Notes: generated by a model from the sequence alone, not told the origin. A DNA stretch of 64,000 nt, filler included, from a bacterium (GCA_037439705.1; 4 parts of 4 records of this genome joined end to end with filler, not necessarily neighbours in it), one strand, 5' to 3'. Positions 30,431 to 39,949 are shown, counted from the whole stretch's first letter. Made by a program: numbers and translations.

Positions 30431-30646
30431 ATGCCCATATTTGAATTCAGATGTAAGAAATGCGAAAAGGAATTTGAATTCTTCATTTTCAGAAAAAATG
30501 AAGTTGTAGTCTGCCCCTTCTGTGGCGGAGAGGATGTGGAAAAACTCATGTCCAGTTTCAGGCTCGGTGGTGAAGGAGGGAGTAATAGTGGTTCTTTAGG
30601 AGCGTGTTCCACATGCGCCTCAAAAGCCTGTTCAACCTGCAAGTAG
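30431..30646 (+). CDS. FmdB-family zinc-ribbon protein
   Basis: MPIFEFRCKKC..CPFCG..VEKLMS; Cys-rich tail. Confidence 0.85.
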   Translation: MPIFEFRCKKCEKEFEFFIFRKNEVVVCPFCGGEDVEKLMSSFRLGGEGGSNSGSLGACSTCASKACSTCK

Positions 30647-31059
30647 TTTTTCTTTTCCTTTCCTGTGCCCATCTCCCGATTGGTGAACCACCAAAGGGAG
30701 TTGAAGAACTTTCAGCCTCGGTTTCTTCCCTTTACACAATGATGGGAAAATATGATGTTCGGAAGTTATACATAAGGGACAAAATAAAAAAATTTTTCTG
30801 CACAGAAGAGGATATGGACGGATTCATATTTGAGAAGAACTATGAACTTTCCAGATTTAAAATAAGGGACGGGAGGATTCTTGATTTTTCCATTGAGGGT
30901 ATAGAGGAGTACAATGAAAGCACAAGTGTAAAAGTAGCCTATCTTGTGAAAGAGTTTTTTCCGCTCTTAAAAAAGGTTATCCATACCACCGATGAATGGA
31001 TAAGAACCGAGGAGGGATGGTGTTTAATTTTTAGAAAAAAAATAAAATTGGGAGGATAA
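30613..31059 (+). CDS. Hypothetical lipoprotein
   Basis: Lipobox-like VFLFLSC; start uncertain, overlaps the FmdB gene end. Confidence 0.6.
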   Translation: MRLKSLFNLQVVFLFLSCAHLPIGEPPKGVEELSASVSSLYTMMGKYDVRKLYIRDKIKKFFCTEEDMDGFIFEKNYELSRFKIRDGRILDFSIEGIEEYNESTSVKVAYLVKEFFPLLKKVIHTTDEWIRTEEGWCLIFRKKIKLGG

Positions 31060-31060
31060 A

Positions 31061-31789
31061 ATGGTAAAGATTATAGCGCTTCTTTTAATCAGTTTATCAG
31101 CAAGGGATATAGTTGATAAGGCATACAACAGGGATGTGCCAAAATCAAGTATGGCGAAGTCAAAGATGATAATAATAAATGAAAAGGGAGAAGCAAGGGA
31201 AAGGGAGATAATTACATATACTGCTGAAATAAATGGAATCAGGAAGAGTTTGATAAAATTCCTTCAACCAGCAGATGTAAAGGACACATCATTTTTACAC
31301 ATTGAAAACCAGAAGGGAGAAGATGAACAGTTTCTCTACATCCCCGCTCTTAAAAAAAAGAGAAGAATTGCAGGTTCACAGAGAAGTTCTTCATTTATGG
31401 GTTCCGATTTCAATTATTCAGATTTTGAAAGGAGGGATGTGGATGCAGGAGAGCATTCGCTTCTCAGGGAAGAAAATTACAACGGAGAGGATGTTTATGT
31501 GGTTGAAAGTGTGCCGAAGGATGACCCCGATTATTCAAAGTTTGTTCAATGGATAAGAAAGGACAATTTTGTTCCGGTGAGGGTGGATTTTTATGACAAG
31601 AAGGGAGTGTTAATAAAGAGGCTTGAGGTGGAAAAGCTTGAAATTATAGATGGATACTGGATATCAACAAAAACTGTGATGCACAGTCTGACAAAGAATA
31701 AAAGAACAATAATTGAAATCACTGAAATAAAAAACAACATAGAGATTCCGGAAAAGTATTTCCTGCCACAAAATCTCGGAAAAATTTGA
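31061..31789 (+). CDS. Outer-membrane lipoprotein-sorting (LolA-like) protein
   Basis: KFLQPADVKDTSFL, QFLYIPALKKKRRI, SFMGSDFNYSD. Confidence 0.85.
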   Translation: MVKIIALLLISLSARDIVDKAYNRDVPKSSMAKSKMIIINEKGEAREREIITYTAEINGIRKSLIKFLQPADVKDTSFLHIENQKGEDEQFLYIPALKKKRRIAGSQRSSSFMGSDFNYSDFERRDVDAGEHSLLREENYNGEDVYVVESVPKDDPDYSKFVQWIRKDNFVPVRVDFYDKKGVLIKRLEVEKLEIIDGYWISTKTVMHSLTKNKRTIIEITEIKNNIEIPEKYFLPQNLGKI

Positions 31790-32337
31790 GGTTTAAAATA
31801 GCACCTTTTGCCTTTGTTATCACAACATGTTTAACATCATCCCTTTATGCAGAAACAGAAAGAAAAACAAACTGGTATATGGGAATGAGGTTTAAAATCG
31901 GCAATTTAGCGAAAAATATAAACTATGATTACTCTGATTACTTTACATGGTTTTTTGATGTAAAATACCGATACTTTTCAAACATCTTCGGAGGAATAGG
32001 ATTGGGTTTGAAATATGTACAGTGGTTTGAGACCGATGTGGTTGATATGCTCTTTCCTTTCTGGCTGTCTATTCACCCTGCTGAATTAAGGCTGTCTTTA
32101 TGGAAGAAGAAAGTCAAAAGTGGTGGTGATGCAATTGTATTCTTTTCCGGTTTCTTCATAGACCTTCCGGTATATGGATTTGAACACCTGAGCGAATGGC
32201 CATATTTTACAATGGTAAATTTTCATCTTGGATTTGATATCTTCTGGCTCACACTTGGTCTTGACTATGAGAATTTTATTTTTGAGCATAACTGGCATGA
32301 AATAGCCCTGCAGTTTGGCTGGCATTTTTGCTGGTAG
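31786..32337 (+). CDS. Hypothetical protein, possible small outer-membrane beta-barrel
   Basis: Signal peptide; alternating aromatic strands; C-terminal LQFGWHF. Confidence 0.55.
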   Translation: MRFKIAPFAFVITTCLTSSLYAETERKTNWYMGMRFKIGNLAKNINYDYSDYFTWFFDVKYRYFSNIFGGIGLGLKYVQWFETDVVDMLFPFWLSIHPAELRLSLWKKKVKSGGDAIVFFSGFFIDLPVYGFEHLSEWPYFTMVNFHLGFDIFWLTLGLDYENFIFEHNWHEIALQFGWHFCW

Positions 32338-32347
32338 ATTTTTAAGT

Positions 32348-34690
32348 TTATTCCTCTAAAAACAGAAGAAAAGAAAATGAGGGAGGGATTTCAACTGTAA
32401 TATACCCATCTTTTGCCCTTCCTTTTTCTGAACCAGTTAATGGGTCCAGGAGAATGCCCTTTCTTCCATTTCCTATGAAAAAAACTTCTTTCTGGCTTTC
32501 CTCTGTTCCATTGAAGATAAGAATTATTTCACCATTTTTTACGATTCTATGAGTAATATCAAACGGTTGAAATTTGTTTTGCGGTATAATCGGGGGTTTA
32601 ACCCCTGCATCAAGAAGAGCCTGAATTGCTTCATCAGGTGTTGAAACCCTTTTCACCTTTCCTTCAATTTCACTTACAATTTTTTTTACGAATGAATCAT
32701 TTTCTTCAAAATTGCGATAGCCTTTTGCTCTTTCCGGGAAATCTCCGAGGATTACTACAGGGATACCTGCGGAAACAATATCCTTAACCCTGCTCATTGC
32801 TTCCGGATAAACCGCATCCAGATTGTCCATAAGGAGTGCTGAATACTCCTGAAAACCAATTACTATCTTTCCATTTTTAATTTCCGCTGTCCTGAGATGG
32901 AATGGAGATACTCTGTCGTATGTAATTTCAGCCCTCTGAAGTTTCTTTGTCATCTCCGAATCGTGAACCTCTCCTCTGAAGCCGAACACAATTTTATCCT
33001 TGAAATCAAGCTCATTATATAACCATGCCAATTCTGCCGAGTTTTTTCCCCTTGATAAAGCATAGGAAAGCCTTGCTATGTATTCGTTTATTTTCTTTAT
33101 CTCCTTCCAGACAGGACTGGTTTCATCAGTCCAAGTAGTGAAAGAAAATCCGAGAGATTCTGGTCTGTCAAAGGGATACCACCTTCTTTCCTTTCTGTAA
33201 TAAAGATAGGGATAGCCATGATAGATTATTTTGTTCACGCCAGCTGAAAATGCCCTTCCAGCAAGATAATAAAAATCCTCTTCTTTCAATTTTCTCGGAT
33301 TTTCCGATGCGGAGACAAATGTTTCCGATGAAACAAATCTCTTTCCCGAAATATGTGCAGATGAAGAGGCTAATTTCATAAAGTCATAACTTCCGCCCGC
33401 ATAGAGTTCCTCTGTCTCAGGTATGTCAACCATTGAATACCCTTCAAGAAAGTTCTGGTACCCACCGTGATTCTGAATCCTGAGGGTTAATCCTTTCTTG
33501 TGAACCCAGTCAAGGAGTGGTTTCAGAAATTCATCTCTGAAAATTTCGCTTCTTACCTCTTCATAATCTTCCCTTATCCTTTTACCTGTCTCTCCATAAG
33601 AGTATTTGAGAGAGCCCTTTAAAATTGTCTCAAGCCATTTTATTTCACCAAATTTTTTGAAAAGGAGCGGAATGAAAGGTTTTATATCATATCCCATTTT
33701 CTCCTGAAATTTTTCAGGAAATTCATCTGTCCATGGAAGAACTGAAAAAAGTTCAAAACTGTCAATGAAAAGGGAATCAAGCGGATTTCCTATGTATTCC
33801 TTAACATGGTCAACGAGATTCTCCCCGAATTTTTCAATCATCTCATCAATTCCCTTTTTATTGAGGTGGTCTATGACAAAACTTTCAGTAAAATTTCCAG
33901 GATATGCGTGGCAGAAAACCAGTTGATTGGTAAAATTTTCATAGATTCCAAAAATGAACCATTTTCCATCGGGTACATCCCATTCCAGAATACCATTTGA
34001 TAAATTTCTGGAAATATCTATTAATTCCAGGATTTCAGCCGGGGCATTCCCTTTTTTTCCTGCGATTACTGCAAGAAGTTTGAAATTTCGGTCAAATTCT
34101 CCTACTGTTTTTGAAATGTCCTGAACGAGGTTAAGAAGTCCATAAAACTTCGGTTTTTCGGGAAGGGGGATTGGTCCTCTGAAGGTTGATGGTCCTTCAA
34201 CCTCTGTTACGGACATGAGAAGTTGTTTCGCCTTTCCTTCTTTTATAAAAGGTCCTCCTGTTGGCCAGCTGCTTCCAAATGTTATGTCTACTCTCAGGTT
34301 CAATTCACTTGCGATTTTCAAGGTGTTTTTTAATTTTTCAAAAAATTCTTCTGTTCCAACGCTCATAATTTTCGGGTCTCTTGAAATATCCTCTTCATCC
34401 AACCCGAAAGTGAATAGCTGGATTTCAACACCACCAAATCCATTTTCTTTAAAAAGTTCAAGTTCCCTTCTTAATTCGTTTTCCTCAACACTCCCTCCGG
34501 GCCACCACCACCTGAAATATGGGCGGTAGCGCTCAGGAGGAGATTTCCAGAGTTCTATTTGAAAAACATCAGGGTGTTCAATTACTTCTTCCTTTCCACA
34601 GGAAACGAGAAATAAAAGGGTAAGAATAATCTTCAGATTTTTTAAATTTTTTCGCTTCAGAGTTTCTTTCCTATGATTACCCTGTAGCAA
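32348..34690 (-). CDS. Glycoside hydrolase family 106-like (alpha-L-rhamnosidase-like) lipoprotein
   Basis: RPYFRWWWPG, GFGGVEI, SSWPTGGP, FIDSFE, DIPETE, ASSSAHISG; lipobox LVSC; start uncertain. Confidence 0.75.
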   Translation of the reverse strand: MLQGNHRKETLKRKNLKNLKIILTLLFLVSCGKEEVIEHPDVFQIELWKSPPERYRPYFRWWWPGGSVEENELRRELELFKENGFGGVEIQLFTFGLDEEDISRDPKIMSVGTEEFFEKLKNTLKIASELNLRVDITFGSSWPTGGPFIKEGKAKQLLMSVTEVEGPSTFRGPIPLPEKPKFYGLLNLVQDISKTVGEFDRNFKLLAVIAGKKGNAPAEILELIDISRNLSNGILEWDVPDGKWFIFGIYENFTNQLVFCHAYPGNFTESFVIDHLNKKGIDEMIEKFGENLVDHVKEYIGNPLDSLFIDSFELFSVLPWTDEFPEKFQEKMGYDIKPFIPLLFKKFGEIKWLETILKGSLKYSYGETGKRIREDYEEVRSEIFRDEFLKPLLDWVHKKGLTLRIQNHGGYQNFLEGYSMVDIPETEELYAGGSYDFMKLASSSAHISGKRFVSSETFVSASENPRKLKEEDFYYLAGRAFSAGVNKIIYHGYPYLYYRKERRWYPFDRPESLGFSFTTWTDETSPVWKEIKKINEYIARLSYALSRGKNSAELAWLYNELDFKDKIVFGFRGEVHDSEMTKKLQRAEITYDRVSPFHLRTAEIKNGKIVIGFQEYSALLMDNLDAVYPEAMSRVKDIVSAGIPVVILGDFPERAKGYRNFEENDSFVKKIVSEIEGKVKRVSTPDEAIQALLDAGVKPPIIPQNKFQPFDITHRIVKNGEIILIFNGTEESQKEVFFIGNGRKGILLDPLTGSEKGRAKDGYITVEIPPSFSFLLFLEE

Positions 34691-35964
34691 TCAATGACTG
34701 ATTCGTGACCTATGTCCCCACCAGCTCCCTCAGCACATGTCCAGTCCCCTAAAAAGAAAAGGTTCTCAACTTTGGAAATTTTATGTCCGGGTCTTTTTTC
34801 TGCATATTGCTCAATGTTCACCTCCGCCCCGTCAACCATCTTTAAATGTGAAACTCTCTTCCATTCCGTAGCAGAATTTATCTCGGGAAAGAGCCTTGAA
34901 ATTGCTTTTTCTAATTCCTGACTTCTTTCCTTTGCCTTTTCTGTCGATTCCATATCTTCTATTGCTGTCGGGTAGAAAAATGTGAGAATGCTTTTCCCTT
35001 CAGGTGCGAGGTGTGGTGCAAGATTTGATGTGAAGATGCCGAAAGAAAGGGGATTCCATATATACCAGAGTCCCTTCTCCTCAGTAAGTTTTTTTGATAA
35101 GCAATAATCTATTGATACACCAGCGGTAGGTCTTAGATTTTTGAGCTTTTGCAGTTCATCCCTTGAAAAAAGTTTTTCTTCAATCATTCCCTGGAGGAAA
35201 TAACGGGGATGGACTGCGCATATAACATTTTTTCCCTCAAAAAAACCATCTGTTGTCTCAACGCCAACTGCCTTCTCATTTTTAAAAACTATCTTCTCAA
35301 CCTTTATGCCGGTTTTTATCTCCCCTGTCTGATTTATTACATCAACCAGACTATCAAGGATATACTTCCAGCCTCTTTCCGGATACATGACAGATCTTCC
35401 AGCCTTCAGGACCTTTGCTACATTTCTTATGAGTTCTCCTGCAGATGATTTTTCAATAAAAGGACAAACAAGCATTGAACCGCTTACAAGTTTGAAGTAT
35501 TTCCTCAATCCTTCCTTTATTCCCATTTCATCCATCCATTTCTCAATGGAAACATCCAGCCACTTTTCTGGAGAAAGTTTTCTTATTTTCAACATCATCC
35601 CAATGGCACTTAATTTCTCTCGGGCTGAAAGCATGTCTGTTTTTATGAATCCGGCTGGTCCTGTGGGAAAGAGCTTAATGCTACCATCCTCATCCATAAA
35701 GTATGACTTTCCTATATCCACAAATTTCAATTCCCTTCTTATTTTCCTGAAAACCTTTGCGGTGGCACTTTTTGGACCATATCTTATTAAATGTATCCCG
35801 TTATCCAATATAAATCCATCCTTTCCAAGAACAAAAGCCCTACCTCCCACTTCTTTATTCTTTTCCAGCACAAGGACGTTCAATCCGTCACTTGCGAGGA
35901 GGGCTGAAATCTGAAGTCCTGTAATTCCACCTCCTACAGTTATAAAATCATATCTTTCATTCAT
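34657..35964 (-). CDS. Phytoene-desaturase-like FAD-dependent oxidoreductase
   Basis: VGGGITGL..LEKN..VGGR, DNGIH, NLFFLGDW. Confidence 0.8.
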   Translation of the reverse strand: MNERYDFITVGGGITGLQISALLASDGLNVLVLEKNKEVGGRAFVLGKDGFILDNGIHLIRYGPKSATAKVFRKIRRELKFVDIGKSYFMDEDGSIKLFPTGPAGFIKTDMLSAREKLSAIGMMLKIRKLSPEKWLDVSIEKWMDEMGIKEGLRKYFKLVSGSMLVCPFIEKSSAGELIRNVAKVLKAGRSVMYPERGWKYILDSLVDVINQTGEIKTGIKVEKIVFKNEKAVGVETTDGFFEGKNVICAVHPRYFLQGMIEEKLFSRDELQKLKNLRPTAGVSIDYCLSKKLTEEKGLWYIWNPLSFGIFTSNLAPHLAPEGKSILTFFYPTAIEDMESTEKAKERSQELEKAISRLFPEINSATEWKRVSHLKMVDGAEVNIEQYAEKRPGHKISKVENLFFLGDWTCAEGAGGDIGHESVIDCYRVIIGKKL

Positions 35965-36012
35965 TTTGTTTTTTTATATCAGATTTTGTATTTTCAATCA
36001 AATCTCCAAAAA

Positions 36013-36927
36013 TTAATTGGAGACATCTTTCTCCTCTACTGGTTTTAACATCTTTATGTATTCGGAAAAGTGGTCATTTATAAACTTCTCTATTCTGTAG
36101 TTTATCAAATCTGGCTGTTCAACAAGCCCTGCGTGGCTACCCTGTTTGAGTATGAGAATCTCAGAGTTTGGTATGAGTTTATGCATCTTTAAAGAAAGCC
36201 ATATTGGAGTGAAAACATCCTTTTCTCCTGCTATTATAAGAACAGGACAGTTGATTTTCTTCAAATAACTGCTCGCTGAATGTCTCTGCATGGCATCAGC
36301 CATTTTGAAAAATACCCTGAGGTCAAGAGATACGAGATGTTCAAAATACGGTTTCATATCTTCATAACTGCACAGAGTAGGATGAATTATGAAGAGCCTC
36401 GCAAAATGATAGGAAAACTTTTTGTTCATTATCCATCTCCAGACCCTTGCGGGAATTTCCGGATTCCTTTCCACCAAATACTTTGCCGCTTTAAAAACAT
36501 ATAGGCTTCCTTTCCAGTCAAAAAATGTGTTTGCGGGATGCTCGTATGTTCCCAGAACAGGAACAAGACCAAGTGTCTTATGAGGAAAAAGGTGCCAGAA
36601 TTCAAGGATTACCTGAGCGCCCATGCTATGACCTATGAGAATAGCCTTTTCTATCCCTAAATGCTCAAGGATTGCGTTTATGTCCTTTGCATTTGTTTCC
36701 ATTGAAAAATTAGAAATGTCCTTTGGAATTGGACTCCTTCCATGCCCCCTGTAATCCCAGGTTATAACAGATGCTCCCCATTTTGTGAAATAATCGGTTA
36801 TGTATTTCCAGAAAAACCTTGAAACCCCTACCCCATTGCAGCAGACTATTGGAAGACCTTCTCCTCTCATTGAGTAAAAAATTTTTTCTCCGTCAAAACT
36901 CCTTACAAATCCTTCTTTAATCTTCAT
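36013..36927 (-). CDS. Alpha/beta hydrolase (lipase/esterase fold)
   Basis: DYRGHGRS, GHSMG nucleophile elbow, GEKD, GSH. Confidence 0.88.
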   Translation of the reverse strand: MKIKEGFVRSFDGEKIFYSMRGEGLPIVCCNGVGVSRFFWKYITDYFTKWGASVITWDYRGHGRSPIPKDISNFSMETNAKDINAILEHLGIEKAILIGHSMGAQVILEFWHLFPHKTLGLVPVLGTYEHPANTFFDWKGSLYVFKAAKYLVERNPEIPARVWRWIMNKKFSYHFARLFIIHPTLCSYEDMKPYFEHLVSLDLRVFFKMADAMQRHSASSYLKKINCPVLIIAGEKDVFTPIWLSLKMHKLIPNSEILILKQGSHAGLVEQPDLINYRIEKFINDHFSEYIKMLKPVEEKDVSN

Positions 36928-37510
36928 AACTTTTCACCTCTTCAAGCAATTTTTCTATTCGGGACAGATATTTTCTGGAGATGAATTCCTTATTTTTTAT
37001 TTTGTTAAAAATATATGTTGGTCCCATGTTATATGCAACAAATGCAAGTTCAATGTCATTAAAAATTTCAAGCATCTTCTTGAAATAATGTATTCCTATT
37101 TTCAGATTGTATTCGCAGTCAAAAAGGAGTTCTTCGGAAAATGGAATTCCCAGCTCGTAAGCCACCTCCCTTCCAACATCAGGATTTACCTGAACAATTC
37201 CAATGGCTCCTTTATTTGAGATTGCGAACCTCTTGAATGAACTTTCCGTATAAATAATAGCATAAATTATTAAGGGGTCAAGCTCCCCTTTTGATGCAAA
37301 ATTTTTGATAGCATCACAGCACTGACCCTTACATCTCTCAATCATCTTTTCAAATAAAGCGTGGTTTTTTGATATTTCGTAGAAACCCCTTTTAAATCCA
37401 TCTTCTTCCTTTAAGGCAATTGCTGTCTCTCTTGGGAAGAGGAAAATAAGGAGGGCAAGGTATGCCCCCCTTATAAAAAAGAGGAGGTGGTTACTTTTTC
37501 CAGATGGCAC
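36917..37510 (-). CDS. Lytic transglycosylase (SLT domain)
   Basis: IYTESSF, GAIGIVQV, AYNMG; probable GTG start at 37510 before a TM anchor. Confidence 0.85.
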   Translation of the reverse strand: MPSGKSNHLLFFIRGAYLALLIFLFPRETAIALKEEDGFKRGFYEISKNHALFEKMIERCKGQCCDAIKNFASKGELDPLIIYAIIYTESSFKRFAISNKGAIGIVQVNPDVGREVAYELGIPFSEELLFDCEYNLKIGIHYFKKMLEIFNDIELAFVAYNMGPTYIFNKIKNKEFISRKYLSRIEKLLEEVKSYED

Positions 37511-37850
37511 TGACCCTTTTCCTGAAGTTTTCGACATACTTCCTGAAATCCTCAACCTTGATAGGTGAGGATGAGGCGAGCTGTCTGACCCTTTCCTCAA
37601 TTTCCTTTGCTCTCTTCTCAATATCTGCTCTCAGTCCCTCAATTGTCCCTCTTAACCCGTCAAGAGATTCTTTCAGTTCGGTTTCTGTAATCCCGCCTCT
37701 TTCCATGAGTTTCTGAATCATCTTATCAGTTTGTTCGGAGAGCAATTTTGCTGCGCTCAGAACTCCTATCCAGCTCTTCTTGAACCATTCCTGCAACCCC
37801 ACCTTCTTTTCTTTTTTTGCTGTCTTTTTTCTCCCTGTTGCCTTTGCCAT
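37491..37850 (-). CDS. Phasin/PhaF-like granule-associated protein
   Basis: Amphipathic helical protein; SWIGVL..A..L and KLMERGGIT.TE patterns; GGAGG RBS. Confidence 0.55.
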   Translation of the reverse strand: MAKATGRKKTAKKEKKVGLQEWFKKSWIGVLSAAKLLSEQTDKMIQKLMERGGITETELKESLDGLRGTIEGLRADIEKRAKEIEERVRQLASSSPIKVEDFRKYVENFRKRVSAIWKK

Positions 37851-37910
37851 TTTTACACCTCCTTAATTTTTTTAAAAAATATCATATCAGAAAACAAATG
37901 TCAAGCAAAA

Positions 37911-37929
37911 TTTGACGCTTTGCGTCAAA
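37911..37929. promoter_or_regulatory. Perfect inverted repeat TTTGACGC-TTT-GCGTCAAA (candidate operator)
   Basis: 8-bp arms in a divergent intergenic region. Confidence 0.5.
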
Positions 37930-37942
37930 AAAAGTGTTATAA

Positions 37943-37955
37943 AATCAGCAAGTTA
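37943..37955 (+). promoter_or_regulatory. Candidate IHF site
   Basis: AATCAGCAAGTTA matches WATCARNNNNTTR. Confidence 0.4.
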
Positions 37956-37981
37956 TATTTTCCTCTACATCTAATTTTATC

Positions 37982-38043
37982 CCTTTTTGCTCAAATCTCC
38001 AACCCCTTTCCACCCGCTAACAATGTCTATGTTCTTCTACAAA
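37982..38043 (+). repeat. 62-bp dispersed intergenic repeat, copy A
   Basis: 52/62 ungapped identity (hand count) to the reverse complement of 52566-52627. Confidence 0.85.
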
Positions 38044-38049
38044 TTGTCA

Positions 38050-38078
38050 TTGATTATTTTTCATTTCAATTGTAATAT
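38050..38078 (+). promoter_or_regulatory. sigma70-type promoter
   Basis: TTGATT-17-TAATAT; TTG start 6 nt downstream. Confidence 0.55.
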
Positions 38079-38084
38079 ATTTTT

Positions 38085-38975
38085 TTGAAGACTGCTCTTA
38101 TGAAAAAGGTTAGGGTTCTCAATTACTCATTAGTAGGGGGGATGGTGATTGCATCTGTTATCTTTTCAACAGCCCCTTTTATAAGCAAGAAGACAGCCCT
38201 TGAAGGAAAAAAGTTTGAGTTTCCAGAAATTCCGCAGGACAACAGGAAGGATGCTCTAAATTTGGTTGCCGAGGGTCTCATAAAAGAGACTGAAAAAAAT
38301 GGATGGTTTGGAGCAGTTGAATACGAAGATATTACATCGGAAGTGGGTATGAATGAGGAACTTGAATCAATGAGGGACATAATTGTTGCACTCATAACTG
38401 AAAGGTTTCAGGTTGTCGCGAGAAGGAATGATAGAGACAGAATTATGAAGACCATAGATGAATTAATGAAAAGCGGAGAGATTGAGTGGTTTATAGGTGG
38501 AAAGTCCGCAATCCTTCAAAGGTTTATAGGAAAGGCAAGTCTGCCCGATTTTCGCCTCTCCTGTGAGCTCAAATGGAAGAAAGAAAAGATAATTGTGTTG
38601 ATAACTTGCAAACTTATGAACCTGAAAACATTCGCTATAATAACAAGCCATGCTTCGTTTTACCACCCATCCTATATTGATTCCTTCAGGAATTATCAGA
38701 AGGATGTGGAAAATGCGATAAAAAAGACCTCACTCATAAGGCTGTATTCTGCCTTTACGGGAGGAGGGTTCTTTCTCGCATTAGTTACAATAAATTCGGT
38801 ATTTTTTATAAGAAGGCGAAAATTTATGACCAGAAGGGATGAGGAACTCAACAGGACTGAAAATTATATCAGAACAGGTCAGTTCATTGCGGCATACAAG
38901 TCCATTACAAGGGTTCTTTCAATTTGTCCTGACGATGAGGTGTTTCTGGAACTAAAGGGAAGCTTGAGATTGTGA
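38085..38975 (+). CDS. Hypothetical membrane protein (two TMs, TPR-like C-terminus)
   Basis: Long ORF with N-terminal and C-proximal hydrophobic segments. Confidence 0.6.
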   Translation: MKTALMKKVRVLNYSLVGGMVIASVIFSTAPFISKKTALEGKKFEFPEIPQDNRKDALNLVAEGLIKETEKNGWFGAVEYEDITSEVGMNEELESMRDIIVALITERFQVVARRNDRDRIMKTIDELMKSGEIEWFIGGKSAILQRFIGKASLPDFRLSCELKWKKEKIIVLITCKLMNLKTFAIITSHASFYHPSYIDSFRNYQKDVENAIKKTSLIRLYSAFTGGGFFLALVTINSVFFIRRRKFMTRRDEELNRTENYIRTGQFIAAYKSITRVLSICPDDEVFLELKGSLRL

Positions 38976-39219
38976 TTGAAAATATGATTGGAAAATTGTG
39001 TGAACTTAAAGGAGATAGATATATTGAGGCATTGAAAAAAGCGGAAGAGGGTTACCTCCTTACCTACAAAATGAAAGAGTCTCTTTCCGCAGGAAATCTG
39101 GAAAAAGCAATTGAATATTACGAGGAAGCGAGGGCTAAATCGCTCATCAATCCTGAATTGAAAATGCTCGCATCGGGACTGGAGAAAGAAAAGGAACATA
39201 TTGAGGTAGAAAAGGAGGT
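38972..39219 (+). CDS. Hypothetical TPR-like protein, 3' truncated; may be the frameshifted continuation of the previous gene
   Basis: AGNLEKAIEYYEEA motif; runs into the spacer. Confidence 0.5.
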
Positions 39220-39319
39220 NNNNNNNNNNNNNNNNNNNNNNNNNNNNNNNNNNNNNNNNNNNNTTAATTAATTAANNNNNNNNNNNNNNNNNNNNNNNNN
39301 NNNNNNNNNNNNNNNNNNN
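39220..39319. other. Artificial contig spacer
   Basis: N run with TTAATTAATTAA. Confidence 0.97.
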
Positions 39320-39320
39320 G

Positions 39321-39947
39321 AGAGGCCCGGGTTGTCCGGATTGCCATGGGATACATGGTGCCCTTCCCCCTCAGGTTGAGAACATTCATGAGGTTTGTGG
39401 AAGATGTCATATGGCTCAGGATGAATACTTCAAGAAAAGTCCGCATGCTAAAATCCCTGAACTTACAAGGGGATGTTCAGGTTGCCATGGTCATCACAAA
39501 GTTGTAAAACCAACTCATGATATATTTATTACAGACGAATTTGGAGAAGGAATGGGATGTAAAGGTTGCCACACCGAAGGAAGTGAACCGCAAAAACTTG
39601 GCGAAAGGCTTAAAAAACTTGTTATTCAGGCAGAAGAAGAGATTAAATCCGCAGAGGAATGGCTGGAAAGAGCGAGGGTTAAAGGGTTTGATGTTGATAA
39701 GGAAAGAATAAAACTGGATGAAGCTAAGGGATTGGTAATTGAAGCTCTTACAGTTATTCATACTCTAAATGAAAGCAATTTTAAAGCATACATTGAAGAT
39801 GTCACAATTGCGGTGGAGGAAGTAAAGGAAATGATAAAAATGAAATTAGTTGAGTGGAGAGATAGAAGGGTAATGTTTGTCATAAATATAGTTGTTTTCC
39901 TGTTGACTGCCGTTCTGATATTTATCAAAAGAAAGGAGGTAGATTAA
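39321..39947 (+). CDS. Multiheme cytochrome c with C-terminal coiled coil and TM anchor (5' truncated)
   Basis: Frame extends upstream of 39411: CPDCH, CGRCH, CSGCH, CKGCH. Confidence 0.85.
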   Translation, partial: RGPGCPDCHGIHGALPPQVENIHEVCGRCHMAQDEYFKKSPHAKIPELTRGCSGCHGHHKVVKPTHDIFITDEFGEGMGCKGCHTEGSEPQKLGERLKKLVIQAEEEIKSAEEWLERARVKGFDVDKERIKLDEAKGLVIEALTVIHTLNESNFKAYIEDVTIAVEEVKEMIKMKLVEWRDRRVMFVINIVVFLLTAVLIFIKRKEVD

Positions 39948-39949
39948 GA

